64,000 bases of DNA from Patellaria atrata CBS 101060. Taxonomy: Eukaryota. This document shows, in pieces, positions 14,279 to 25,802 of this stretch. Position 1 is the first letter of the stretch, and each line of letters opens with the position of its first letter. A program made the position numbers and the translations under genes. Location: positions 163,960 through 227,959 of the forward strand of contig MU006105.1 in the NCBI GenBank assembly GCA_010093705.1, read 5' to 3'. The notes beneath the pieces were generated by a model. It had not been told where the DNA came from, did not search any database, and worked only from the letters and a program-made list of their open reading frames with translations.

Positions 14279-15310
14279 GCCTTCGCAGGTATCTCCGACT
14301 TCGTTGTACAGCGTAGGTGAAATTCTATGAAGTATGCTCAACCGTACATACGACATGACCGTACAATGTAGTCGAAGTGTATAAATAGGCGACATTGCTG
14401 TACAGGATACTCGAAGATACGAAAAGGTGCATCGGCAGTACGTAAGACATAGACGTACAGACATAAACTGGGCAATCAACAGTCCGCCATTAGACAAATA
14501 GCAAGCTATTAAGGCCCGTTCACACTCAAGATGTCTCCAACCTCACTATACAAGATGATTGAAAGTGCGTAGGCTGGCCTTAGTCGTACAATGACTTCAC
14601 TATACGGGATAGTCGGCAATGTATAGACTCACTTTGACTGTACATATGTTATAACCGGATAGGTAAGTGGAAAGTATAAAAATAGCTTCAACCGTGCCAA
14701 TAACATTTGTGTACAATCTAGTTAAAGAAGATGAAATGATCTAAATATATCTAGAACGTGGTTATACAGTACTGCTCAAAATACACGAGTTCACCTTAAA
14801 CGTACGTAAGATATCCGTATAGAATAGTGGGAAGTACGTGAAATGCCCTGGCTATACAGAGGACATAAACGTATAGAATGGTCAAGAATACACGAAATGG
14901 CTCCAACCGTACGTACCATGCTGCTGTACTGAATAAGTGAATAGATATAGTGTGAACTAACTGTATATACAAAGGATAGTTGAAACACATAAAGTAGCCT
15001 CAAGCGTTTATAAGATTTGACGTTATATGATAGTCATATAAAGTGGCCTGAACCGTCCGTATAACATTTCTGTACAGTACGAGTGAAAATACAAAAAGTA
15101 GCCTGAACTATCCGTACGATATTATCATATGGGATGGTCGGAACTACAATATAGATATTCAACCGTACATCCGCAATCAACTCGCAGGAGAGTCTAAAAC
15201 CAATAAAGGGGTTCTTAACAGTGCATACGCCATAACCGTACAGAATAGTGGAAAAGGCATGAATCCGCCCCGACCGTACGTAGGATATAACCATCCAGAC
15301 AATGGAAATG
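14279..15310. repeat. Degenerate tandem array (minisatellite), unit about 55 bp, roughly 18-19 units
   Basis: Manual alignment gives approximate consensus GCCTCAACCGTACGTACGACATAACCGTACAGGATAGTCGAAAATACATAAAGTA. Consecutive units from 15046 measure 55, 55, 56 and 55 bp. Confidence 0.8.
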
Positions 15311-15338
15311 ATTGACTTAAAAGCGAAAACCAGCTCGC

Positions 15339-16471
15339 TCACACAGACATCTTCATTGCAATGGTCTTATGCGGCTCATAACCCTTTACTTCAAAGTCCT
15401 CCAGCTTCCACCCATCAATACTCCCCCCTTTCTCCTTCTTAATCTCCAAGACCGGAAACTCCTTCGGATCTCTCTCAAGCTGCACCTTCAGCGCCTCTAC
15501 ATGGTCCAAATATACATGTGCGTCGCCCATGGTGTGGGTAAAGGTGCCGGGCGTGAGGTCGCACACATGGGCCAGCATATGCGTTAACAGGGCGTAAGAA
15601 GCGATGTTGAACGGGACCCCGAGCCCCATATCGCAAGACCGTTGATAGAGAATCGAATGCAAGACACCCTTCCCCCGATCCACACTCTCTCCCTGCTGCC
15701 CCTGCGATTCCAGCTCCCTCCTCGCCCCCGGAAAACTAACATAGAACTGCGCAAACACGTGACAAGGCGGTAGCGCCATCTTCCCTAAATCCGCTGGGTT
15801 CCACGCGCTCAACAGGATCCTCCTGTCATACGGCGCTTCTCGCAACTTCCTCACCACCTCTTGTAATTGGTCGACGCCCTGGCCGGTGTAATCGGTCTCG
15901 GCATCGACGTATGTGGCACCGAAATGCCGCCATTGGAACCCGTATACGGGACCTAGATCCCCGACCGCTCGGTGGGAGAGGCCGACGCTGTCGAGATAGG
16001 CGCGCGAGCCGTTGCCGTCCCAGATCTTTATGTTCTGAGCAGATAGGGGGAGGGAGGAGGTCGAGCCGCTGATGAACCAGAGGAGTTCAGCGAGGACGGC
16101 GCGGAGGAAGACGCGTTTTGTAGTGAGGAGAGGGAGGATGGGAGTTGGTGGTAAGGAGAAGTCTGAAGAGGGACGGGAGAGGGAGAAGCGGAGTTGGTGG
16201 GGCGCGAAGATGGAGTAGGTTCCTGTTCCAGTCCTAAGGGGGAGTTAGTGAAGGTATTCTTGTTCGAGAATCGGGCAGAAGAGAGGGAGGTATACCGGTC
16301 GGGTCTATGTTCGCCTTCGTCGAGTATTTGTTGGATAAGGTCGAGGTATTGGTATTCTTCGTGGTTTCTATCTTTTTGCAAAGGGGTTTCTTTAGGCTCA
16401 GGTGTTGGGATGGGTTTCAACGTTACTTCTGGGCCGCTGGCTGGGCCAATGTCTATTACTGAGGGCGTCAT
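15339..16471 (-). CDS. CDC21: Thymidylate synthase
   Basis: [50 protein letters not shown], catalytic [32 protein letters not shown]-terminus IAMKMSV; one intron near 16236-16295. Confidence 0.98.
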
Positions 16472-16533
16472 TGTGGTTGTGTATGATATAGAAAGTGCAA
16501 TGGTTTGGAGGGGTAGAGAATAATCGTATGAAG

Positions 16534-16554
16534 ACGCGTGAAGAGAAGACGCGA
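16534..16554. promoter_or_regulatory. MCB (MluI cell-cycle box) pair in bidirectional promoter
   Basis: ACGCGT at 16534-16539 and ACGCGA at 16549-16554, between the divergent ATGs at 16471 and 16643. MCBs are the known G1/S elements of yeast thymidylate synthase. Confidence 0.7.
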
Positions 16555-16642
16555 CGTGATTTGCCGAGGCTCTAGTTCCTAGAATATCTTATATCAACGT
16601 CGAGGGATCAGTTACTAAAACTCTGATAATAGATCATTGAAA

Positions 16643-18283
16643 ATGTCGAATTCTTCTTCTCTCGAGCATTTAGTCAAAGTTCTAGAGGAGCGAGTTACTG
16701 GTCTCGAACGTGATGATGTGCAATGGGCTTTTGAATCAGTAAAGACGAAAGATGATGCCACTGCATGGGTCGATGAATATCTCAATGATGATACTCTCCT
16801 TAGCAAGGAGGAATTGGACCTGTATGTAACATTGTAGGGTATTTTAACACTCATTTAACAAAATCAGCTTCCAAAAGATCCAACGAAAGGGACCAAAGTT
16901 CAAGCCATTAGATGAACAACAGACTACCCGACCGTTCCTCAATGAAGACCTAGAAGCAGCTATCGCAGCTCTAGAAAGCTCTACAAGCGGTATAGAGAAC
17001 CACAGCAGATCCCTCGAGGTACAGAAGAAGGCTCTTTCGGCTTTGATTGCTCAAAACAAGCCAGATAGGAAGGTCGTCCAAGAGTCTACAGAGAGACGGC
17101 GCAAATATGCCCAGGAATCTGGTCATTTGCGTATTGCAGTAAGTCAATACATATCTAAATACTGACTCTAGAGGCTCATTACCCATAGGTTGACGAACTA
17201 TCTCAATCCGTAGACGAGCAGTTGACGGCTACTCAGCGGGATTCATCATCTACAATCTCATCATTCACTGCCGTAGCAATGGAGACGCTGACTTCTGATG
17301 ACCGTTTGCTTAATGGTATATCGAGTCTGATACCAAAGCTACAGCAGAACATAGCAGACGAAGTAGTGGAGAAGGCTATAGAGCAGTGGTGTCAAGCAGT
17401 GACAGCTTTTCGAGCCGCCGAAATTCGAAGCCGTATCGACAAAGTCTATGAAGAAGCCCTAATCAAGCCTAATTTTGACATCCCTACTTCCAATAATGCT
17501 CTACAGACGGAGGAAGAAGCTCTCCAAGGGGAACTAGACACCCTCTATGCAGAAATCAAACCCGTCCTCGAAATGGTGGTTCACGATCGCTTCCGCTCTC
17601 CGATCCTCCGCGATCTCCAAAGCTCGGGTCTCGAGCAGCGAAAATTGCAGAATGAGTGGTTGAGCTATGTAAGAACTTGGTTCAAGTATTGAACTACAGA
17701 ACTGACGATCCCACAGATCACATCAACGCTGACCTACATGACCAAGCGTCTAGCCCTGATATCCACCCAGTTCAACTTAGTTCACGAACTACAGAGCGCT
17801 CTGATCGAAGTCCAGAGAGCCTACATCCCCCTCAAAGCCCAAAGCACACGCATCTCTGTCAAAGATACCTCGACGACTCCTCATCCAGACCCTCTTGAGT
17901 CCATTGAGCAAATCCGTGCCTACCTCGCCATGTCGAATCCGCCAAAGAGTGCTGATTCGCCTTTGATGGACCTCGCAAAGCAGACAGTACAAAAACGGTC
18001 ACAGTTTCATGGTCATCTATCCTCTGCAGAGCTGAACACGATACAAGAGCTCTCTGCGGCGCTCTCTCATACAGACGATGAACGACGGCGTATCAACAAT
18101 GCGCTGTACGCTTCCACCAGCTTTGGAACCGTCAGCCTGGAGAATTCGGATCTGAGTAGACGCATTAGGGAGCTAGAGGACATGGTGGGAAGTGTAAGTC
18201 TCACAATGGGGAATTTGGATACCAGTGCTGCTGGCGATGGAAATGGAAAGGAGAGGAGGGAGTTTGTGAGGAAATGGGCCTAG
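16643..18283 (+). CDS. Coiled-coil protein, probable augmin/HAUS3-like subunit
   Basis: Exons 16643-16821, 16868-17138, 17189-17668, 17717-18283. N-terminus DDVQWAFE..AWVDEYLNDDTLLSKEELDLFQKIQRKG resembles my recollection of the HAUS3 N-terminal pattern (DFDWLFE..KWFCGNV..NVLSERELEAF..LQKSG); the remainder is helical. Confidence 0.6.
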
Positions 18284-18371
18284 GATAGTGGTCTCATGCG
18301 TGCTAGTTGGATAATGTAGACATAGTGTGCGGTGATGAAGAAGTGTTTTTGTCTATCTACTATGAGTGCAT

Positions 18372-18712
18372 GAGAGCCAGATGTGAAGATGCTCGATACC
18401 ATGCAGCAGGAAAGCCCAAGGGCCACAAGAGAAAAGTGATGAATCCCATGCAACAGAAGAACTATCGAGCCAGTCAAATTATCCATCTCACATAGAAAAG
18501 CCTACTCTTGAGCCAGGTATGAGAATTTTCCATCCCATGCAACAGAACAACCCGAGAGCCAGAGCAGGAAAAGTAAAAAACAAAAGAATCTCAACCAGGC
18601 AACAAATGAATCTGAGAGCTAGAAGACAAAAGTGTTCCATCTCATGCAATAAAGACCTCGAGCCAGACGTCAAATTGCTTAATCCCACACAAGAAACGAC
18701 CGAGAGCCAGAA
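18372..18712. repeat. Degenerate tandem array, unit about 43-47 bp, about 8 units
   Basis: GAGCCAG-like anchors near 18374, 18420, 18467, 18510, 18556, 18616, 18660, 18704, with recurring ATCCCATGCAACAGAA motifs. Confidence 0.7.
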
Positions 18713-18987
18713 GTGAGAATCCAGAGGACATTGTCGAAAGACTCCAGAATGATGTGACCGGACTCCCAAATTGAAGAACGATCAAAAAACTGCCAAAGGG
18801 CACTTCGTTCCGTCGCAATGCAGCCCCATTATGAGGGCAATTTTTATTCCCAGCAAAACAACTCCAGAAAACACAAGTGTCTCATCGATGGTCCCATCCT
18901 CCGCTTGTACTGTCCTAAAAAAAAAATCACGTTAGCACTGTACAGAATGCCTGGATGATTGGGAGATGGAACTTACTTTCGAACAGA

Positions 18988-19587
18988 CTACCTCCTCCAG
19001 TACGCTTGGACCCTGATGTAGTCCATCATTGGAGCGTACTCCGGCTTCGTCACGTCCTCGAGAAACAGGATCGCGGACCTGGTGTCGTGTACCTCGTCCC
19101 GGATCTCTTCGATCTTCGGGTACAGCTCTAGGAGCTGACCCTTCTCGACGTCGCTGAGGCGGTGGACGTCGTTCTCCAGTTGAGCGTACCACTCAACCGT
19201 GTACGCCGCGGTCAGAGGACCGCGGACGTACAGGAAGATGTGGCGGCTTTCTGGGGCCACACGGCGCACCTGCCCATCATGAGCGGCAGGGCGGCGCACC
19301 GAACGCATTAGCTCGAGATGAGCTAAGTCCGGGATACTGTCGATGTTCAGAAGCAGGTCAGGGTGAGTTAGCTGGTTTCCCCCGTACCTCAATCTAAGTG
19401 CATCGTGTATGGGAACGTTGGCGAGAATTTCGTCTCGCCACGAATACCATGATGCATTTTGGAACCAGAGCTCAGCCTGGCCCCGCCTTTCCTGGTCACC
19501 CAGGCCCTGCCACCAATTGTACAGCTCTTGTGCTTGAGCTACGTTGCCGCCGAAGAGGACGATCTCGTTTAGGACCGCGGGTCCCAT
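18988..19587 (-). CDS. Hypothetical orphan protein, about 199 aa
   Basis: Uninterrupted ORF from ATG (MGPAVLNE...) with strong C/G third-position bias in the 3' half; upstream branch/acceptor (ctaac...tacag near 19620) suggests a 5'-UTR intron; CT-rich leader. Confidence 0.6.
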   Translation of the reverse strand: MGPAVLNEIVLFGGNVAQAQELYNWWQGLGDQERRGQAELWFQNASWYSWRDEILANVPIHDALRLRYGGNQLTHPDLLLNIDSIPDLAHLELMRSVRRPAAHDGQVRRVAPESRHIFLYVRGPLTAAYTVEWYAQLENDVHRLSDVEKGQLLELYPKIEEIRDEVHDTRSAILFLEDVTKPEYAPMMDYIRVQAYWRR

Positions 19588-20181
19588 TCTGACGCTTTGC
19601 AATATGCTGCGTCTTTAACTGTACGAGACGTTAGTTAAGGTAAGCTGTTGACGATCTGGAGGCGTGTACAAACTGTTTTGTAGAGAATTGCTCTGTGACC
19701 GGAGCAATGAAGAGGATGGAGAGTTAAGATGTGACCGGAGGGGTAGGAGGATGGAGGAAGAGAAGAGAAGGAGACGCGCCGTAAGCTTTAAGTTTTTGAA
19801 AAGGCTTTTTGAGTGTCCGTTGTGAACTTGGATACTCAAAAAAGCTTGACGACGTGTGGTTGTTTTTCTTAGGTGGGCTGTTGATGTTTTCAAATATTTA
19901 TACCACTGCGGCCCGCCATGACGTAAATCTTTGCCAGCCAAACGGACGATGGTGAAGGTTTCTGTACGATAACGTGAAACTTTCACTTAAGTGGTTATGA
20001 AAGGGAAGGAACGTGACTTCGGTGAGATGTTTTGAGCGAGTTTCTTGAACGTGATGCGACAATCGGTTTGACTTTGACAATAAGACCCCCCTTTTGATAT
20101 TATAATATTACAGAGCTGTCTACATGCGAGTACTATCTCTTCTCGACCTTCACTTACCTGTTTATGAAGCAAAACACCACA

Positions 20182-22178
20182 TTACAATTCCACCTGCCAC
20201 CTCGTCCTAATCATCTCGCCGTATTTTAGGAATATAAGCGGAATAGGAATCATGACAGTAGCAATAAATCCTAACAACGAGGTCCCCCATCCATATCCTA
20301 AAGCATCGTAGAGAGAGAGACCACAGAGTGGGAGGATCGCTGCGACAATGCTGCGGAAGACTGTGTTTGCCGCCATGGCCGACGCGGCGTACAGCGTGAA
20401 TGCGTCAATGAGGTATGTGTTGGCGGGCATCTGATAATTGAAGTCAGTCAAACTATATCCTCTCACCAGGTTGTCAACTAGGTCGCAAACTCACAAAGAT
20501 CAGGACGATACCATAACCGAATATGCTGCTACCAATAATGGGCGCGATCCAATGGACCTTATTCTCGATAGTCCAAGCATAAAAAAACAGACCGATGGGT
20601 AATGCAATGGCGCCAGGTATCATTTCCGGCAATCTGTGCTCGGGTTTAAAGTCACCAAGCTTGATATGCTTCGTCGCTGTCCTATTGCCCATATATCCAA
20701 AATGGAACTGTCCGATTACCTGACCTACACCGATACCGACGAAGCAGAGACCGACGAGGTCACGGCCAATGTTGTACTGTTCTTCAAAGGCCTTGGTGAA
20801 AGTGGTGAAGAGGATATAAAGGTACGCGTAAGAGATAGCCATGTATAAAGAGATCGTAAAAACGATGGGAGACTTGAACAGCATCTTAGTAGGCCGTACG
20901 ATTGTTCGGAGAAGGAGTTCCCTCGGGGTTAGCTGAAGGTCGAGTTTAGAGCGTATAAGGGGATTTCCAGTCTCTTTTCGAAGTTTTGCCGCTTTACGCT
21001 CGAGTAAAGTTACTGAGTAGGTCTCCTTCATTACGAATAACATCGCTATGCTTAAGGCCCCAGACTAGAGATAGATTAGCAATTGAGAAGAGAGGATATA
21101 TTTCCTCTTGTCAGTAACCTAGGGGTGTGACTAGCAAATGGAAGGGATGAACGCTGACGTACCGCAATAGTTACGAGCCAGAAGTTCCATCGCCAACCGA
21201 GTTCTTGACTGACGAATCCACCGGCTACTGGACCTACGGATGGACCGATGGCTACATAGGTTAGAAGTGAACCATTGGACAAGCAACGAGGTAGACATAC
21301 CAGGTCCTGCAACCCAAATCGCCATTGCAATACTCCTTTGCTCCTTGGAGATAAGGTCCGCAATGGTTCCTCCGCCGAGTGTCAAAGGAGCAGCTCCCAT
21401 AGCTCCGGCCAGGAATCGGAAGGCGATGAGCATATCTAGATTACTGCTTACGGCACATGCAATGTTGAAGATGATGAACCCAAGATTGGAGATATGGTAC
21501 AGTGGAAGGCGGCCATACATTTCGGATAACGGTGCGATAACTATAAGCGAGTATGAGTAAATGACCCATGATGGAACGCAAATCTGGAAGGCTCACTTAG
21601 GGGACCGAATGCAAATCTGGAATATGTTAGTAAGATGATAATATGGCTTTGCCAAGGGCGTTATGAAAGAGGTAGAATGTATCTGGTGGGAGAGGATAAC
21701 ACTTGCTACGAAATGGAATAAGAGAATAAACGTACCCAAGCACATAAACGGAGAGGACGAAAGTAGCAAGTTGCTTATTATCCGAATTAAACTCATCCAT
21801 CAGATCCGGCACACCAGGAGCGAACATAGACGAGCCCAAAGGTGTTAAAAACGTAACAGCCGACATCATGCAAACGATCCCCCATCTTTTCCCTGCTGGC
21901 CAATTCAATGGGTTTTCAGGATCATCGGGTCCTTTCCAGTTGATGACATTGGGGTCTACGGGTTCATCTGAAGTTGTCGCTTCTGCTTGGTTTTTTTCAA
22001 CATCGAGATCCATGTCCTTCCGGAAGTCTTCTGAATTTATTGATTGCGACGGAGTAGGGGTATCTACCCATTTTGGTTTCTCTAGGGAATCATCTGAAGT
22101 GTTTGCTGTATGATGACTTTCTTTTGAGACTCTTGAGGGAACGAGCTCGCCTAAGCGTGGTCCCTGGGCGTCCGTCAT
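20182..22178 (-). CDS. MFS drug:H+ antiporter, DHA1 family
   Basis: WKGPDDPENPLNW, SSMFAPG, APLSEMYGRLP, FRFLAG, GGGTIAD, LGWRW, ETY, PEHRL, YLIDAF...ASAMAA, LGYGWG; multiple introns. Confidence 0.95.
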
Positions 22179-24193
22179 CGCATGCGAATTCAGATATACA
22201 GTATGTAATATCTTGTTCTTTTAAGAGTATTAATATTAATTGAGTCGACAGTGAAACCAAGCTCTTCCTCTCTGTACTTTTTGATGGAGAGATATGTTTT
22301 AGTCGCCTATATCATGGTTATGAGGATGGATTAACAAAATCTTCAGAAAGATACAGCAAGGTGGCTTATGCAGACTAAGAGAAATATTATGACCCGTAGG
22401 ATCCGAAGGGGAGGCGTTCGCTACTTGTACTTGTACCATGATCATGGTGAGTGATTATACTTATTTCTGATAGTTGATCAGGTTACCGGTATCGGCTTGT
22501 AGCTACGGACGTGAGCGTTGATGAGGTAGGATTCTGAGCCATGAGGTGATAAGTTTTCCTAAGAAATGCTAGGTTTCCCTTGTCCCTTGGGTGTTTTGGC
22601 GAGGAGGAAAGGCTGGAAAGTAGAATTCCTAAGCGCTGACAGGCGATCTTGCATAGAACTACCCGAAACGTATAATTAACCGCTTTTTGATCCGAACCAA
22701 GGAGCTGAAAACTGTTGAATCGCTTTGTGCTCGCTTTCGTATGACGACGGTGAAGCGGTATAGCATAAGCCAAAAAGCTTAACGATAGGTTCCCAGAGTG
22801 CTTGTTTGATTATGCGATAAATCTACAGACGGATATAACTTAGATGATCGACTAGTATCCAACGTTGATACTGTTTTGCCATTTTAGTGAGACAGGGCGG
22901 ACAGGGCATTTGATAGAGAAGCCGAGCAGATCTTCACGATGACGCTGACTTCCCGTCCCATTCCCAACCTACACAAAAGTAACTTTCCCATGATAGACAA
23001 AGCTAAAGAGTAAGACAGCAGTAATATCACTGCAACTTGGAGTCCGTCATCAAAGATCTACGGCGAAAGTGTCCGCCGAGCTCGTGTTAGAGCTCACGTA
23101 AAACCTAACGTGTCTGCGTTGAGGTATTTAAGAGGTGAGGTGGGATTAAAGTACCCTTAATAACTCCACCTCAGCTCTGCCTTCCCGCGATTGGAATCGT
23201 GCCGACTCGTAAGCTGCTAACAGATGACTACATCGTAGTGATAGCGTTCTCAATTGTATTATTTGAAGAGCGGACTGGAAAGCCTGGGTGGAGGTTCAGT
23301 AATACTCCACTAGGTAAGTTTATATAAGCTAACATTTGTCCCAGATATCGTTGGGGTGGAAGTAACTGATCCTGAAATGTCAACTCGGAATTCTGATAAC
23401 TGGATTTTACGTGGAAGATATAATATGTCGTTGCATTTTATGTCTCGCAGAAGTATTTATGAAGGATGTGGCAATCAAGGTCTGTCTAGAGTCAGTCATT
23501 GTATCACTGTCATAAAACCGAAAATTCTTGGATGCATTCAGGACCACAACACTAGACCGGGTGAGGTTATGAGTATGTAAGAATGTATTGATGCATCTGA
23601 TATGGAAACCATACCTATTCACCTCCTCACGCTTTGTATTCACCAGTCTCTGTACGTTTATACTGGCAAATTCTGGAAGACTGCTACTATCCCACTATTA
23701 TCTACTCTCTCTTGTATATACCGTCAATCCTGCGTTCGCCTGGGCTTCATTTCACATTTTCAACTTTTCAAACAGAGAGTCAGAAACCGTCTTAAGAGCA
23801 AGCGTACAGTATGCAAGAAATTGCTCCGACGGGAACGAGATATCGAGGGTATGATGAAGTCTGTTTCCATGCTAGGCCGTAATCCAGTCTACCATCAACT
23901 ATTGGTAGATTCTTTGAATGGTACTGAGCGTATTGTATATCTCAACCAACACTCAACTCAGAGCAATACATTCGCAATGACTAAAGAATACCTGCGATCC
24001 TGGTTTATTCGAATTTAGCCGTGCTGCCGTATGCCAAGATTGAAAGTATGGTAAATCACTGGAACGAATACAGTAAAGGCTACTTAGGTTAGAATGGAAG
24101 TAGGTAAGCTGAAACTCCTAAATCTGAGTTCGGGATGATATGCTCAATCTTAGTTGTATAAAGCGCAAGGACCACGAATACTGATAGTCTCTT

Positions 24194-25063
24194 TCAAGTA
24201 TTCCAATCTCGGAGAACATCGTAATTGTTGTCAAAATGAGACTGGCTATGATGCTCGGTTCTCGGCTTATAGCCATCTATAGCCATATGGTCGTCCCCGT
24301 TTGCATCGATATCAACCCTTGGAGGGGACGCCGGCCTCACAACATCTTTTTCTACAACATCGGAGCTGATGAGACCGGTGGGGCGAGTAGAAGTAGCTTT
24401 ATCGCCTCTCTCAAGTTCTAAATCCGCCATTGCTGTATGTATGGCCTGATCGCGTACAACAGCTGTTGTCATTGGTACTTTGGATCTTATTGGTAAGGTC
24501 ATTGAAATTCGAGGGGCGTCAACCAAAAGCGTGATTTTGGGAGCAGCACCTGCTCTTCGCTCCCATGCTGGTTTCTCGCTGAGCTGAACTTTGACATACA
24601 TAGCACGTTTTGCGCAATCTGGAGAACACCACTGTTCGGCTTCTTTCTTTGTTATCACTTTCAGACTCTGGCCACCGCGACCAGGGATGATCACGTGAGT
24701 TCCAGAATTTGGAGTCCTCTTCGGGGCGCGTGGACACATCGCGTACCCACAGAGGTCAGCGCAATGACGCTCTTCCATCATCGAGTCGTAGTCACCAGGT
24801 TGGAATGGAAGGATAAGAGACGTGAAGCGGGAGGCATCCTCGGGAGATGGTCTTGCTGGATCTGCGTTTGGGGACTGAGGGAAGTCCAAGAGAGCTTCTA
24901 TGGCCTCGAAAATCAGAGTTTCATAATTCTTCTGCTGCTGTATCCTAGTAGCATGCTGTACAGCTATCTCTAGTTTGCGAGGATCGCGGTTATCTGCAGA
25001 GATAGCAACGGAGTTTTCAGTCGCCCCTCCTGTGCTGTTCTTTAAGATAGACTTTGGAGGCAT
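24194..25063 (-). CDS. RTR1: Rtr1/RPAP2-family RNA polymerase II CTD phosphatase-like protein
   Basis: DYDSMMEERHCADLCGYAMC...WCSPDCAKRAMYVKVQL..PAWER zinc-binding signature; intronless 289 aa. Confidence 0.85.
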   Translation of the reverse strand: MPPKSILKNSTGGATENSVAISADNRDPRKLEIAVQHATRIQQQKNYETLIFEAIEALLDFPQSPNADPARPSPEDASRFTSLILPFQPGDYDSMMEERHCADLCGYAMCPRAPKRTPNSGTHVIIPGRGGQSLKVITKKEAEQWCSPDCAKRAMYVKVQLSEKPAWERRAGAAPKITLLVDAPRISMTLPIRSKVPMTTAVVRDQAIHTAMADLELERGDKATSTRPTGLISSDVVEKDVVRPASPPRVDIDANGDDHMAIDGYKPRTEHHSQSHFDNNYDVLRDWNT

Positions 25064-25802
25064 GACGCAAGGAGGCTTTTTGGTAACGCCGCTTTATGAG
25101 TTCAAATTCCGTAATTTGAAGGTACAGTGAGGCAGATGTGAGGTCTAAATCTTAACTCAATCTCGAGGTGCAATACTGTAATGGAAGTAACGTTAGAACT
25201 GCTTCAGTGTAGATGTGGGGTACAATACTATGTGCAGTACGATCTATAGTGATGTGAAGTAAGGTAGTTCTAATAGGATCAAAGCTCAAGATTAGACTAC
25301 CTTATTATTATTTGAATGCAAGAGGATAGAATCAGAGTAATATACAGTTCTGGTGGGCGTCTGATGAGCAGGCTGCGGGCATCGGCAGTGCATTCAAGCT
25401 AGCCCACGTTTTGACGTTTTGCCATCAAACATCTTCGTTGCCCAAGCAATTACCTTACTGCTTCGTTGAAGATTTCCATTTCAGTATCAATCGCGAATCC
25501 TTCTACACCCTTCACCTACTGCACTTTGCACTGAACTTTTCGAACCACCATTGAGCTGCTTGAGCGGAACTCATTGAACGATTCGGCCGCTGACGTACAC
25601 CACCGCGCTCCGTAACCCCTCCGTTTACCTAGTTCTACATACCTATCAAAAACACAATTCTTTACACCTCTCGACTTGCACAGTGATACGAAAAAGCTGG
25701 CGGTCATCCACTTACTTGACTTCTTTCCTCAACCTAGCAACAACTGCCCGTTGTCTACCTTTCAACGCCCGTCTTCATATTGAGCCACCGAAAGCGTGAG
25801 CT

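Noticed and set aside
14791..15342. ORFs of 64-102 aa over the 55-bp array
   Set aside because: By-products of a repeat whose period is not a multiple of 3.
14279..18712. The two tandem arrays as CRISPR arrays
   Set aside because: Eukaryotic context, whole units are degenerate with no constant repeat and unique spacer pattern, and no cas genes.
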